From NCBI GenBank assembly GCA_964035545.1, contig OZ037770.1, positions 15,490,642 to 15,554,641 on the forward strand: 64,000 bases of DNA, written 5' to 3'. Shown here in pieces: positions 1-11,293 of this stretch (positions are counted from its first letter, which is position 1; each line of letters begins with the position of its first letter). Under the pieces are notes generated by a model. That model was not told the DNA's origin, made no database searches, and was given only the letters and a program-made list of their open reading frames with translations. Source of the DNA: Bugula neritina (Eukaryota > Animalia > Bryozoa). Both the position numbers and the translations under genes were made by a program.

Positions 1-5
1 GTAGG

Positions 6-1199
6 ATGAGATGGACGTTGCGGTCTTGGAAGTTCAGATTTATGTTCTTGGTGCTTATTGGAGGTGGTATATTGCTGTATAGGCACCTAAAAGTCTTGCT
101 TCAACCTGCGCAAATCGAACCTCAGCTTAGTCATGACTCACTTCGGTTGTTACCGCCCGCTGGTGCTAAGCTGTCCTCCCACCCCAGGGTTATATACGGG
201 GCAACAATCCCATCCGGCCTTTGGAAAGTCTTTGAATTCAGTTCCTGTCAAGTTTCTGATTGTATTATGCAGGCTAGCACTAGTTTTGAATACATAGAAA
301 AGGCTGATGTTATTCTATTCAAGCATAAACCGAATTTGATTTACCCGGATGTACCGTGGAGCATTCGGCAGCATCAGTATTGGGTGCTGATCACAAAAGA
401 GTCTCCCAACAAACCTTTCGACACTTGGTCTCATGACGTCAACGGCATATTCAACTTTACTATAACGTACAGACGCGACTCGTTTATTTCCAACCCTTAT
501 GGCAAAGCGAAAAAGTTGCCAGCAAAATTGGCCTCAAAATCAACCTATAACTACGCTTCAGGTAAAACTAAAGGGGCCTACGTTTACGTCTCTAACTGTC
601 ACAGCTACAAGTATGATAGATTGGAGGCTATCCAATACCTAAGACGATATATTCAAATTGATATATTTGGTTCATGTGTGGGTAGGCACCCTTGTAATTG
701 GTTAGATGTTGGCTGCGAGAAGAGAAAGCAGACGCAGTACCGATTCTACCTGAGTTTTGAGAACTCTCTGTGTAAAGACTACATAACAGAAAAGTTTTGG
801 CTCAGACTACAGTTGAGTACTCACGTACTTCCTGTAGCTATCGGAGGTCTCTCACAACAAGAATACGATAATGTAGCTCCTCCCAACTCCTACATTCACG
901 CGTATAACTTTACCTCTCTCGACCACCTCGGCAGATATTTAAAAATGTTGATGACGAATGACACAGCATACAACAAATATCATGAGTGGAGAGCTAGTTA
1001 TAAAGTGGAAACTAGTGGTAGTATGTATAAAAAGACTGCATGTAAACTGTGTGAACTCGCTCATACAGGAACTAAAATACCTGCTCAGAATAACTTAGAT
1101 AGTTGGTATAGCCCTAGAACAACCTGCAGATCCCATTCTATGTTACCTGCTAGTCGTTTTTCTCTACTCCATGAAATAAAAAACAGTTTATTTGTTTGA
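6..1199 (+). CDS. Alpha-1,3/4-fucosyltransferase (GT10 family), single coding exon
   Basis: Type II membrane topology (short basic N-tail plus hydrophobic FMFLVLIGGGILLY). GT10 motifs ESP, FNFTITYRRDS, VSNC, FYLSFENSLCKDYITEKFW, PPNSYIH and YxxYHEWR...CKLC. Confidence 0.95.
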   Translation: MRWTLRSWKFRFMFLVLIGGGILLYRHLKVLLQPAQIEPQLSHDSLRLLPPAGAKLSSHPRVIYGATIPSGLWKVFEFSSCQVSDCIMQASTSFEYIEKADVILFKHKPNLIYPDVPWSIRQHQYWVLITKESPNKPFDTWSHDVNGIFNFTITYRRDSFISNPYGKAKKLPAKLASKSTYNYASGKTKGAYVYVSNCHSYKYDRLEAIQYLRRYIQIDIFGSCVGRHPCNWLDVGCEKRKQTQYRFYLSFENSLCKDYITEKFWLRLQLSTHVLPVAIGGLSQQEYDNVAPPNSYIHAYNFTSLDHLGRYLKMLMTNDTAYNKYHEWRASYKVETSGSMYKKTACKLCELAHTGTKIPAQNNLDSWYSPRTTCRSHSMLPASRFSLLHEIKNSLFV

Positions 1200-2425
1200 A
1201 ATTCACTCTCCTGCAAGTTCAGAGTTGGCCATTTCTTCTCTACAAGTTGCACTAGTTCACAGTTTAATTTTGTCAATTTGATAGACTCACTCATTACCTC
1301 CTTATGATTTTGTATACTCTATGCTCAAATGGTAGCTAACTTTATTTTTGTACACCATTTAATTATTGTCTTCCTTTACATTAATTCTCATCATGAAATC
1401 AGAATTGCCATAAAAATGTTCTATTATTCATTAACATAACCACTTTTATATTTGTTCTATTTTCAATCTGTTATCTGCGCATGGGTGAATTGATTACATT
1501 CCATGGCCATAGTACTACTGTGTTATAATATGTTAAATGCTCAAAAATTTAGAAAATTAGTTCTCCTCACAAAACTTCTCACATTTAGATAGATAACTGT
1601 AATGAAATTTTTGTTGAATTATATATTTTTCATCATTACTCAAATCAAGTTTGTGGTATTCTATTATAAACTTTTTAATAATTCAATAAACTTCGTCATT
1701 TGAAAATCTTATCAATTTAATTGTTATTTAAGCAATATAAAATATTCTAAAGTTTTATTTAATGCATTTACTATCAGAATGAATATCTAACAGACTTGAA
1801 ATGGTGAGCTTTAAATTGAAACACTGCAGCTATATTACATAGGCTATCGCAAACCTTAAAAAAATTAAAGTTCATTATGCTAATTTAGTATAATATTATT
1901 TGTGGTGTGAATCTATTTACTAGTAGTTGTCTTTTCTCATGTGAAAAAAGCCAACTAATTCAGTAATGTTATTGTAAATTCATAGTGAAGAGCTACTAAT
2001 ACTATTGCTGGTGACAGTAATTAGAAGTTGTCTGCTTTTCTAGTTCAGTTATGGTTCAATATGCACATAATATTATTATAATGTTGTTAGATTGCAGAGT
2101 AAAAACTTATTTGTAACTTTTAATTTACATATAAACAGTTGTTTAGCTTCAACAACAGCATGATGATGTACAAAATCAAATGTTCAGACTACGAAGTTGA
2201 AGGTAAATACTTTTTGAAACAAATTTATTGATCAAATTTTTAGCAATGACAAAACACGATTTCTTATAGAAAAGAACATTAGTTAGCAAACTTCATGTTG
2301 ATGCAATTAGTGTTTAGAAAAAGTGAATTAACAGTGTTCAATGGCAATTAAAATCAAGATAAAAATATTTTGTAACAGTTCTAGTGAACTGAAATCGCCA
2401 GGTTGGGAGGTTGTACTGTAGCTCC

Positions 2426-4709
2426 TTAATATGGAATACAGCAGCAATCAGATCTCAGTTTAAACCATCTCCATTGGAATCCCCCAGGCCATCTCCAAAT
2501 GAGAAATCTGACATATCTATACTGCGGAACACATCTACCATTCCACCACAAGTTACCAGAGAGCTGCAATACAAACACACACACTTAGTTGGAGATACAC
2601 ACATGCATACAGTAGTTTAATGTAGTATATTATATTATATTATTATATTACCATATTGCTATTTTGTTACTGTATTACTATTATATTATAATCCTATATT
2701 ACTATTCATTTACTTATGCTACTACTTACTGATCGGCCTGAACATTGCGTTTGGTGACACCAGCAGTGATGGAAGAACTGGTAAAAGTAGAAAGGTCTGA
2801 AGTGGACGATGTGCCACCAGTGTCCTGCATGGAAGATAGCTTTTGGGTACCAGAAGAAACAGGACTTCTGGCATGATGTTTCCCATTTTCCGCTGCTAAT
2901 TCTAAATAATTAACAGAGACTTACTGGTTAGCCTATGTCTGGCATACCCATTCTAGCTGAGTCTTATTGAAACAACAAAATTAATGTGAATTTAAAATGA
3001 TTAAATTTTGAAATGCAGTTTTTAGAAGCTCGTTTTTGAAAAATAATAAAAAATGAACAGCACCAATGACTTTCCTTATAATGTTGTACATATTGTATAC
3101 AATGAGTAGGTGTGTGAAAACAGGCATTATTCAATATGCTAGCAGGAAATAGCTCTACGCGGTAAAAACTTACAGGTAATAGTTAATCTATACTTTCTTT
3201 GCAAATATTATTATATGTGATTAATTCTATTTGTCCATATTTGAAAATATTTCTGAGAATAAAAAAACATTTAATATTTTTCTCACAGTGATGCCTGGTT
3301 CGATCTAAATTCTCTGGCCATGTTTGTCATTCCACGTTCAAGAGCTCCGTGTTCATCCTCACTATTACCCAAATCTGTCTCATTTGTGAATTTTGCTCTG
3401 GCTGCACGTTGCATAGCAGCTTCGTTGCTGTTGCGGGAACTAAAGGCATCAAGAATAAAGTAAGTATTACATTCAATCTAAGCATTTGTACAATACGCTA
3501 TTCTATCTACACCAGTCAAAGGTGATCAGATGTTCCTGTAACTGTATGTAGTTATACTACAACATCTACCTTTGTAAAAAGGGGCGTGGTCTATTAGTAT
3601 GTATTTTGTATTCATAGTGAGCACAACTCTCTAGCTACAATTCAGATATAAAGTCTGTTTACATACTTATGAGACTCAGACTGACTGCTAAACACAACAT
3701 AGTATATATTTACTATAAGTTGGGGAAATGAGCCATTAAATTATCACATTCTAAGATACCAGAGTTGTCTTCTCATGTGACTACTGAGTCAACACTATGA
3801 ACTCAACCACATGGTGAAGCTGACCTACTAAGTATATTAAAAGAATCACTCTCCTGCTAGTCTATATATTTACTCACTTAAAAGTTCCCCGAGGAAGTTT
3901 ACTCAGATCTGAGCAGAGCACTCCTTCTTCAGTGCAATCATCAGGACTTGTCTCCCCATGATCTCCTTGGGGCTGCTCTGTAGTGCGACGCTCTGTAGTG
4001 CGGCGCTCTGTAGTACGGCGCTCTGTAGTACGGGGCTCTGTAGTACGGCGTTGAGCGGAAACCAGGGCTAGCAACAGGGTCACAAGCTAAAACATGACAT
4101 ATGAAATAATTTATCAACAGGGTTTGTATGTAGAAACATAGTCACTGCCTGTATCATTGAGTGGAGTCTTGCATTCAAATCTGTTATATAATATAGTTAT
4201 ACCAAACTACAGGTTATAAGGTTTGTATACATACGTCGATATTTGATAAAATGTTATCAACAACAATTCACCAAAACTGCTGCAGATCTTCATGTTGAAC
4301 AAGTAGAATGTGTGACAATAACTGCTAGTCTGCATGCATATATCATTTATAGTATAAGCAACGTTAAAAAATAATGACATACTTTATTTTTCTTTTGTGT
4401 TAATTAGTTATATTAGTAGTAACTCTGCAATTACATAATATTTATTGTTTATCTATGTGATTTATTTTATACAGTATAAGAATTTGTGGTATAAATTTTT
4501 TACATTTAACAAAATTGAAATAAGAGAAATTTATTTTCAATAACTCTTTTCCATCTAACAATATGTTCGAAGACAATAACTTCAATTGATAAGTCAGTAT
4601 ATATAACCATGATTGCTATTTAGAATTAAACACAGATGTGTGCTTACAGCTATATTATTTGAATAACCATGTATAAAAGATAAACTATACTTACCACAAA
4701 ATACTTCAT
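2426..4709 (-). CDS. Secreted Spaetzle/neurotrophin-like cystine-knot precursor, copy A (228 aa, 5 exons)
   Basis: Exons 4709-4695, 4086-3878, 3439-3287, 2901-2730, 2563-2426; all GT-AG and phase-compatible (0,2,2,0). Signal peptide MKYFVLVTLLLALVSA, 5x (R/P)RTTE, pro-domain CTEEGVLC, C-terminal SCQKSCFFWYPKAIFHAGHWWHIVHFRPFYFYQFFHHCWCHQTQCSGRSLSGNLWWNGRCVPQYRYVRFLIWRWPGGFQWRWFKLRSDCCCIPY. Differences from copy B in exons 4-5 are mostly synonymous. Confidence 0.85.
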
Positions 4710-4770
4710 ATTGTTGAAAGATGAGATGAGGCTCCAGTGAATGAGTGACAACTGAAGATAAAGTTCTCCC

Positions 4771-4777
4771 TTTTATA
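4771..4777 (-). promoter_or_regulatory. TATA box of copy A
   Basis: GGTATAAAAGGG on the minus strand, with Inr-like TCAGTT/TCACTC 24-31 nt downstream and the ATG at 4709. Conserved in copy B. Confidence 0.7.
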
Positions 4778-4920
4778 CCGAACCACCTGTTGGCACCTGC
4801 CAAATATTTATTGCGAAATACCATATACCATAGAATTTATTACCTGCTGCATCCAATAAGATACTTGTATACTGATATAGTTGGGTGTAACTAATTAGGT
4901 ATCTAATCGTGTGGGTATAG

Positions 4921-5330
4921 TGTGATAGATTTTAGTAGTGCAAGTATTATGGTATTAATCGAAAAGGTTTACTCTATATTGTTTTATGTATCTTGTGAGT
5001 TCGACACTGTCGGAGTGTAGCTATGGGCAGTAGTGGCACCATTAGTAGCCACCAATCAGGACAATGACATTAATTGATAGCAGGTGGAGCTAGCTACTCG
5101 TAGTTGCAGTGCGCTGAGTAGCTAGCCGGCAGAGCAGCTTGGGACTTCATTTAGAACAGTTGTGTATTAAAGCTCACTAATTATGTAATCGTTTTCTATT
5201 CATGCTAGCAGTAAATAACCTTCTTGTATTTGTGTAAATAATAAAGTATCTTATCGTAAACAACCTGTCGCAGTGGCTTTGATTAAGTAGACCCACAAAT
5301 AATAATAGTGAACTGGCAAAATTCACTACA
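4921..5330 (+). repeat. 5' LTR
   Basis: TGTGATAG...CACTACA; no difference from 12394-12803 found by eye. Contains AATAAA and an 11-bp inverted repeat at 5089-5126. Confidence 0.97.
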
Positions 5331-5331
5331 C

Positions 5332-5349
5332 TGGTGGCAGCAGTGGGAT
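5332..5349 (+). promoter_or_regulatory. Primer binding site (probably tRNA-Leu)
   Basis: TGGTGGCAGCAGTGGGAT, 1 nt after the LTR. Its complement ATCCCACTGCTGCCACCA resembles the 3' end of animal tRNA-Leu plus CCA. Confidence 0.8.
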
Positions 5350-5385
5350 CTCACTTAATACAAATGCCCCTAGCCAGGGAGTAAG

Positions 5386-6255
5386 ATGGCCGACGAAGTC
5401 GTCGACGCGCCCCGACAGGAGCCAGCAGCAATGGAGGAGGATCACATAGGCGGCCCAGCGCTGCCTATGGACAGGTACCACTTGCGGGCTCCCACCTTCT
5501 CTGGAGAAGAAGATGTGGAGCAATTCATCACTGAGTTCAGTGATGTGGCGGACATCTGCGGATGGCCGAACAGGGTTACTCTGATCCAGCTGCGGTTGTG
5601 TCTGACAGGGCCGGCTAAACCCTATGGGATAAGCCAGAATGTCGGTGACATATTTGAAGCAATACGAGCTAGGTTTGGATTAACCGCTCGAGATGCTCGC
5701 GTGCAACTGCAGAGTCTTAGGAGAAATCCTAAGACCAATCTGCGAGAGCACGCTACCGTAGTCGAACGACTGGCACAAGTTGCTTACAGCGACTTGCCTG
5801 CCGATGGTCGACAGAGCCTAGCACTGGATGCATTCCTCCAGTCTATTAACAACCTCGGTCTTAAACAGCACCTGCTGGTGGCCGAAGTTGAGACTATGGA
5901 GAGAGCTCTAAGGCTTGGGAATGCCTATTTCCAAGCCGACAGTGCAAGTCGACCTGGCGCGACAGTACAGCAAGTCGAGGCAGACGACGTGTCGACGTCG
6001 CCAACGAAGACAGCTGTACAGGTCGCAGCGGCAGCAGCAGACGAATCTAACTTAACCACGAGCTTGATTCGAGAACTGCTCGCCGAGATCAGGCAACTGC
6101 GCCAGCAGGCGACAGCCGAGAGACCCAAGAGGTCGTCGGTAGCTGTCGACGACAGGCGCGGCCCCGTATGCTGGGGCTGTGGTAGTGGTGGGCACTTCCT
6201 ACGAAGTTGCCCCCGCGGCAGTGGGAGGCGGTTAAACAGCGACGGCCCACGGTAA
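5386..6255 (+). CDS. gag: Gag
   Basis: Capsid-like PTFSGEEDVEQFITEF region and CCHC knuckle CWGCGSGGHFLRSC. Confidence 0.92.
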   Translation: MADEVVDAPRQEPAAMEEDHIGGPALPMDRYHLRAPTFSGEEDVEQFITEFSDVADICGWPNRVTLIQLRLCLTGPAKPYGISQNVGDIFEAIRARFGLTARDARVQLQSLRRNPKTNLREHATVVERLAQVAYSDLPADGRQSLALDAFLQSINNLGLKQHLLVAEVETMERALRLGNAYFQADSASRPGATVQQVEADDVSTSPTKTAVQVAAAAADESNLTTSLIRELLAEIRQLRQQATAERPKRSSVAVDDRRGPVCWGCGSGGHFLRSCPRGSGRRLNSDGPR

Positions 6256-6274
6256 CTTCCGCCTACCGTGGGCC
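6231..6274 (+). promoter_or_regulatory. -1 programmed ribosomal frameshift signal (gag to pol)
   Basis: G_TTA_AAC in the gag frame (6231-6237), 6-nt spacer, then perfect 11-bp hairpin GGCCCACGGTA/TACCGTGGGCC (6244-6274). pol lies in the -1 frame. Confidence 0.8.
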
Positions 6275-9200
6275 CCAGTTTAACCCCCCAAGGCAAAGGC
6301 TACGGCCCCCACCCCATCGGGTGAGGAGGCCGCCTTCGCCAGAGTGGCAAGCCCCAAGGAGAGTGAGTCGGCCGCAAGGCCCACCAATACCTCCGGCTTG
6401 GGCACTCAAAAACCGCTTTGAAGGTTTGCTTGATGAGGGAGTGAACGACGAATGGGAGCACAACAAGGATTTTCCTCGGTTGCCCACACGAGCATCAGTC
6501 CGAGAATTCACTCGGCCGCCCGTGTGTGAGCGAGACCGAGACGTACCCTGCCCGCCCATGCAACGTCGACGACCCCCTCGCAACCGAAAAGCACAGGTGC
6601 ATCCCCAATTCCATGCACATGAGGTGTCGCCTCAAGAGACAAACCGCTCAGTGAGCGCCCAGCCATATGGAAGCAGCTATTTCCTCCCCGGCAAAGTTGC
6701 TGGTAAAGCTGCCACATTCCTGTTGGATACTGGGTGTACCACAAATCTACTGAGTCGACGTCTCTTCGACACTCTCAGTGCCAAGGACAGGGCTAGCCTA
6801 GAACCATATGAGGGGGAACACGGCACGTTGGCGGACGGGTCGTGTATTCCTTTCTATGGGGTAATTCAGTTGACTGGTAGAGTCCGTGATCAGATGATCA
6901 GTGAGACCTTCATCGTCAGTCAACTCAAGGAGGATGCCATCTTGGGCATGCCATTTCTGAAGCGACACAGGTGCTACATCGACTTTAGCAAGTCGGCAGT
7001 AGTGATGGCGGGGCGTGAGCTGGCCTGTGTCGACCGATTTGGCCGACCCTTGGTGGGGGGAGTGCAGGTGGTACAGCGCTGTACTGTACCTGGGCGCTCC
7101 CGGGCTACAGTTCGCTGCAGAGTGAACGGTAGGGAGATCTCCGAGCTCGGAGTGGTGGAAGGTGCACTGGGGGGCGTCCAGCTCGCTAACAGTCTGAATA
7201 GACTGGATGAGCGGAGGGAGTTCCTGGTCCAGTGCGTAAACCCTTTCACGGAGCCGGTAGAATTACCGGCTGGGTCTCTAGTAGGGAAGTTCCACTCCGT
7301 GCAAGAGGAGGATGTAGGGCCCGCGCTGGAAACAGCGGACGGTGCCCGGGGAGTACCCACTAGAGACGGCAGGGGGCCGGTGCCTGAACACGTAGCAGAG
7401 TTGTACGAGGATGCCTGTGATGGCTGTGAGAGCAAGCGAGAACGCCTGGAGATGGCGCGGCTACTCTCTGAGTACAAGGACGTGTTCAGTTGCGGCGACC
7501 ATGACATGGGTCTGACTGAGACGGTTCGTCATGAGATACCCCTGGCGGCGGGGACGGTGCCGATTCGGCAGCCGACCCGCCGGTTAGGTCCTGAGAAGGA
7601 GAGAGAAGTGAGCCGTCAGGTGCAAGACCTTCTGAACCGGGACCTGATTGAGCCAGGCCATGGGGCCTGGAGTTCTCCAGTCGTCCTGGTTCGGAAAAAG
7701 GATGGTAGCTGGAGGTTTTTTGCGTTGACTATCGCAGGCTGAACAGCGTGACCATCCAGGACGCTTACCCTCTCCCGAGGATCGATGAGTCGCTCGATGC
7801 CTTAGCTGGTAGCAAGTTCTTCAGCACGTTGGACTTGTTAAGCGAGTATTGGCAGGTGCCCCTGAGTCCTGAAGCACAGGACAAGGCCGCGTTTATAATG
7901 CGGGATGGGCTCTGGAAATGGAAGGTGTTGCCATTCGGACTTACGTCCGCACCAGCCACCTTCCAGCGACTCATGGAGCAGGTCCTGAGTGGACTGCACT
8001 GGAAGACCTTGCTCATATATCTCGATGATGTCATCGTCATCTCCCCCGACTTCGACACACATGTCAGTCGACTCAGGGAGGTGTTCGACAGACTCCGAGC
8101 TGCTAACCTGAAGCTGAAGCCCTCGAAGTGTGCATTACTACAACGCGAGGTCAAGTACCTGGGCCATGTAGTTGGTCGAGACGGGGTCGCCACCGACCCC
8201 GAGAAGGTACGGGCCGTGAGGGACTGGGCCGTTCCTGTCGACCTCTCTGAATTGCGGGCGTTCCTGGGGCTGGTTGGGTACTATCGTCAGTACATACCAG
8301 ACTTCGCAGGAATTGCACAGCCGTTAAATCGGCTGACCGCGAAGGGGGTGCGATGGCAGTGGACGCAGGCTGAGCAAAAGGCATTTGACCACCTGAAGGA
8401 TCGCCTGGTGGAGGCACCCATCTTGGCGTATCCTGACCCTGCGAAGGAGTACATTTTGGATACTGATGCCAGTAACCATAATGTGGGGGCGGTGCTATCG
8501 CAGGTCCAAGATGGTCGCGAGGTGGTGGTGGCTTACTATAGCAAGGCCCTGTCGGCGCCTGAGAAGAACTACTGTACAACCAGGAGGGAACTCTTGGCAG
8601 TAGTCAAGGCGGTCAAACACTTTAGACCATATCTATATGGGCGCACATTCCGGCTTCGGACGGATCATGCGTCTCTGATATGGCTGTGTCGACGGGCAGA
8701 ACCATCAAGCCAAGTGGCGCGCTGGCTAGAGATCCTGGCAGAGTTTTCTTATCGGATCGAGCATCGACCCGGTAAGAAACACGGTAATGCAGATGGACTC
8801 AGCCGCCGCCAGGCAGATGGGTGTAAGCAATGCCAGAATATCGAGCGCAGGGACGGTGGACCCCCTCGCTCGGACGTCGAAGCGCAGTTGGGGAAAGCGG
8901 GTGTGTACAGCTGGGAAGAAGGGCAACTCCTGTCCGAATCACCCAACAAAGCTGTTAACAACCTTCACGCAAACCCCACGTTGCTTCGGAACGTCAGGGA
9001 GCTATGTCGGCTCCAGTCCACGCTACCAGGAGTGGTAGCTGACCTAGTCCGGGCCAAGAAGGAGGGACGGCGGCCGAGTGAGGCCGAACAGCGAGTGAAG
9101 AGTACTGAGTTTAAGTACTTCTGTGACCGCTGGGACTCCCTAAGGTTCAACAGCAATGGGCTGCTAACGATCACGTTGGCAGTCGGCACCAATCGCAGTG

Positions 9201-10714
9201 AACGAGAGAGGGTAGTCTGCCCGTCAGCTCTGCGGCGGGAGTTGATCTGGGACACCCATAAGCAAGCTCACGCAGGAGCTAGCCGGGTGATCAGGTGTCT
9301 TCAACTCCAGTGGTTTTGGCCCGGTATGACCCGGGATGTCCGACTCCGGGTGCGGAAGTGCGAGGTGTGCCAAGCTAGCAAGCATGGCCGCCCCACTGAG
9401 ACCGCAGGGAGGCGTCGCCTCCATGCCGGTCGTCCGTGGCAGGTGGTTGCTGTCGATCTGGTAGGCCCCATGCCCACTACAGCGAGAGGTAATAACTGGA
9501 TACTGGTATTAACTGACCATTTCATGCGGTGGTCTGATGCACTGGCTATTCCAGATGCGTCGGCCCCCTCGGTGGCCAGAGCTCTGGATCAACAGGTGTT
9601 CTGCTATTTCGGCTTGCCGGAGCAGATACACTCTGACCAGGGCGCCCAGTTTCAGTCGCAACTTATGAGCGATCTCTGTAGAATGTGGGGGGTAAACCAG
9701 AGTCGGACGACCCCGTATCACCCGCAAGAGAACGGGGTCGTGGAGCGGAACAACCGAATGCTAGGGGACTCTCTGAGAAGCCTGCTTATCGGTAGGAGCC
9801 AGGAAGAGTGGGACTTGGTGTTGCCGCAGATCATGCGAGCGTACCGTAGTACCCCTTACTCCAGTACACTGGAGACCCCTAATTTTCTCATGCTGGGGAG
9901 AGAAACAAGGGTTCCTGAGCACGTAACCTATCATGTTCCGAATCCAGAGAGCAATGTCCACGACTACGTGGACAAGCTCGTAAAACGCATGGGGACGGCT
10001 CACGAGGTGCTACGTGAGCAGCAGTGGCAGGTCAGGAGTGGTGACTCTGACGACCCACCTTTATACAAGGTGGGGGACTGGGTCTGGATGACCAGTCATC
10101 GCCGCAGGCGCGGACAGGCAGCCAAGTTGCAGCCGAAGTTCGTAGGTCCCTACTGCGTAATTGAGGTAATGCCAAATCATACATACAAAGTGGAACGGTC
10201 TGGACAAGTGTCGGTCCAGAACGAGGCACGGCTAAAACCTCACTGGGCAAGTCCTGAGGCGGCAGGTCAGGCACCTCCTCTCTTAGAGCCAGCTAGGCGC
10301 CTTTCTATGAGAGGGCGACCCATGGCATATCGAGAGATTGAGGAGATACTGCCAGACCAGGACGGGGCGGCTGATGCGCCAGCCGACCAGCCCCAACCTC
10401 CTCCACCCCAGGAAGAGGAGGTCGACACACCTGAAGACCTGTCGGAGCCGGCCCCACTACCTGTGGAGCCGGTCGACAGGCCCATCGTTCCAGATGAGAT
10501 GGAAATTCCTCAGGATACTGAGGGAGAGGCAGCTGGGGGAGGGTCACCCGTACTGGTGGACCCCCCCGTACTAGTGACACCACCTTTGGTGGAAGAGTCA
10601 CCAGTCGCAGCAAATTCCCCAGTACCGTTGGAACGTAGCCAACGTACCAGGGCGCCACCATCTTATTTGAGAGACTTCTTGTGCGACTTGGTCGACACGT
10701 ACCGTATCTTGTAG
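6231..10714 (+). pseudogene. pol: Pol (PR-RT-RNaseH-IN) interrupted by a +2 nt frameshift in RT
   Basis: Protease LLDTG, RT YLDD, RNaseH DTDAS...TDH, integrase H-H-C-C, DLVG...SDQG...E and GPY motif. A T6 run at 7716-7721 sits where WRFCVDYR needs T4 and splits pol into ORFs 6207-7742 and 7748-10714. Confidence 0.9.
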
Positions 10715-11293
10715 CGTGTCGACAAGTACAAAAGAAGTCTGGGGGGCGAGGTAATTGATAGCAGGCGACCCAGTGGCGGATTGAATAGGTCAGCCGGGGG
10801 TCAGCAGAGCGTAGCCAAATCACAGCGTATAGGGTGTTACATAAGCACTCTAGCTGTGAGCGCTCTTTTCAATTACAGCTAGCAAACAGGCAGCACGTCT
10901 TTTGCAATAAATAATTTGGCTATCTACGAGCCCTAAGAAAGCAGCAGCATCATTATGTCTAATGCAGCAACTGTTTTGGGGGGTAAGTCTACTAGAAATT
11001 CTATAATAATTAATTAGAATTTATTCTGGTAGCGACAGCAGTCTCACTTTGTCATAATGATAAAGTTGAAACTCCTGACAGCGAATGATATTGATAATTA
11101 GAGTGGGACAGTCAACTCAGCTGATTACACGATCAGTGAGTGACAGTGAGACTCGATTATTTAATATTGTTTGGAACGGGAGTCCCACGCATAGAGTGTA
11201 ATTAAATTTAAATACTCTATTGCAGGTGAGACTGAGCCTGTATCCGACGAGATACAGGCATTACTTGACACGCCTACGACTAACTGGGACAGC

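Noticed and set aside
2411-2620. ORFs 2411-2620(+) and 21724-21933(-)
   Set aside because: Antisense shadows of exon 5 of the knot genes. The substitutions are synonymous on the opposite strand.
4594-4824. Paired ORFs 4594-4824 and 19293-19532 as small proteins
   Set aside because: They run through the TATA box, 5' UTR and intron 1. Their similarity is explained by the recent duplication.
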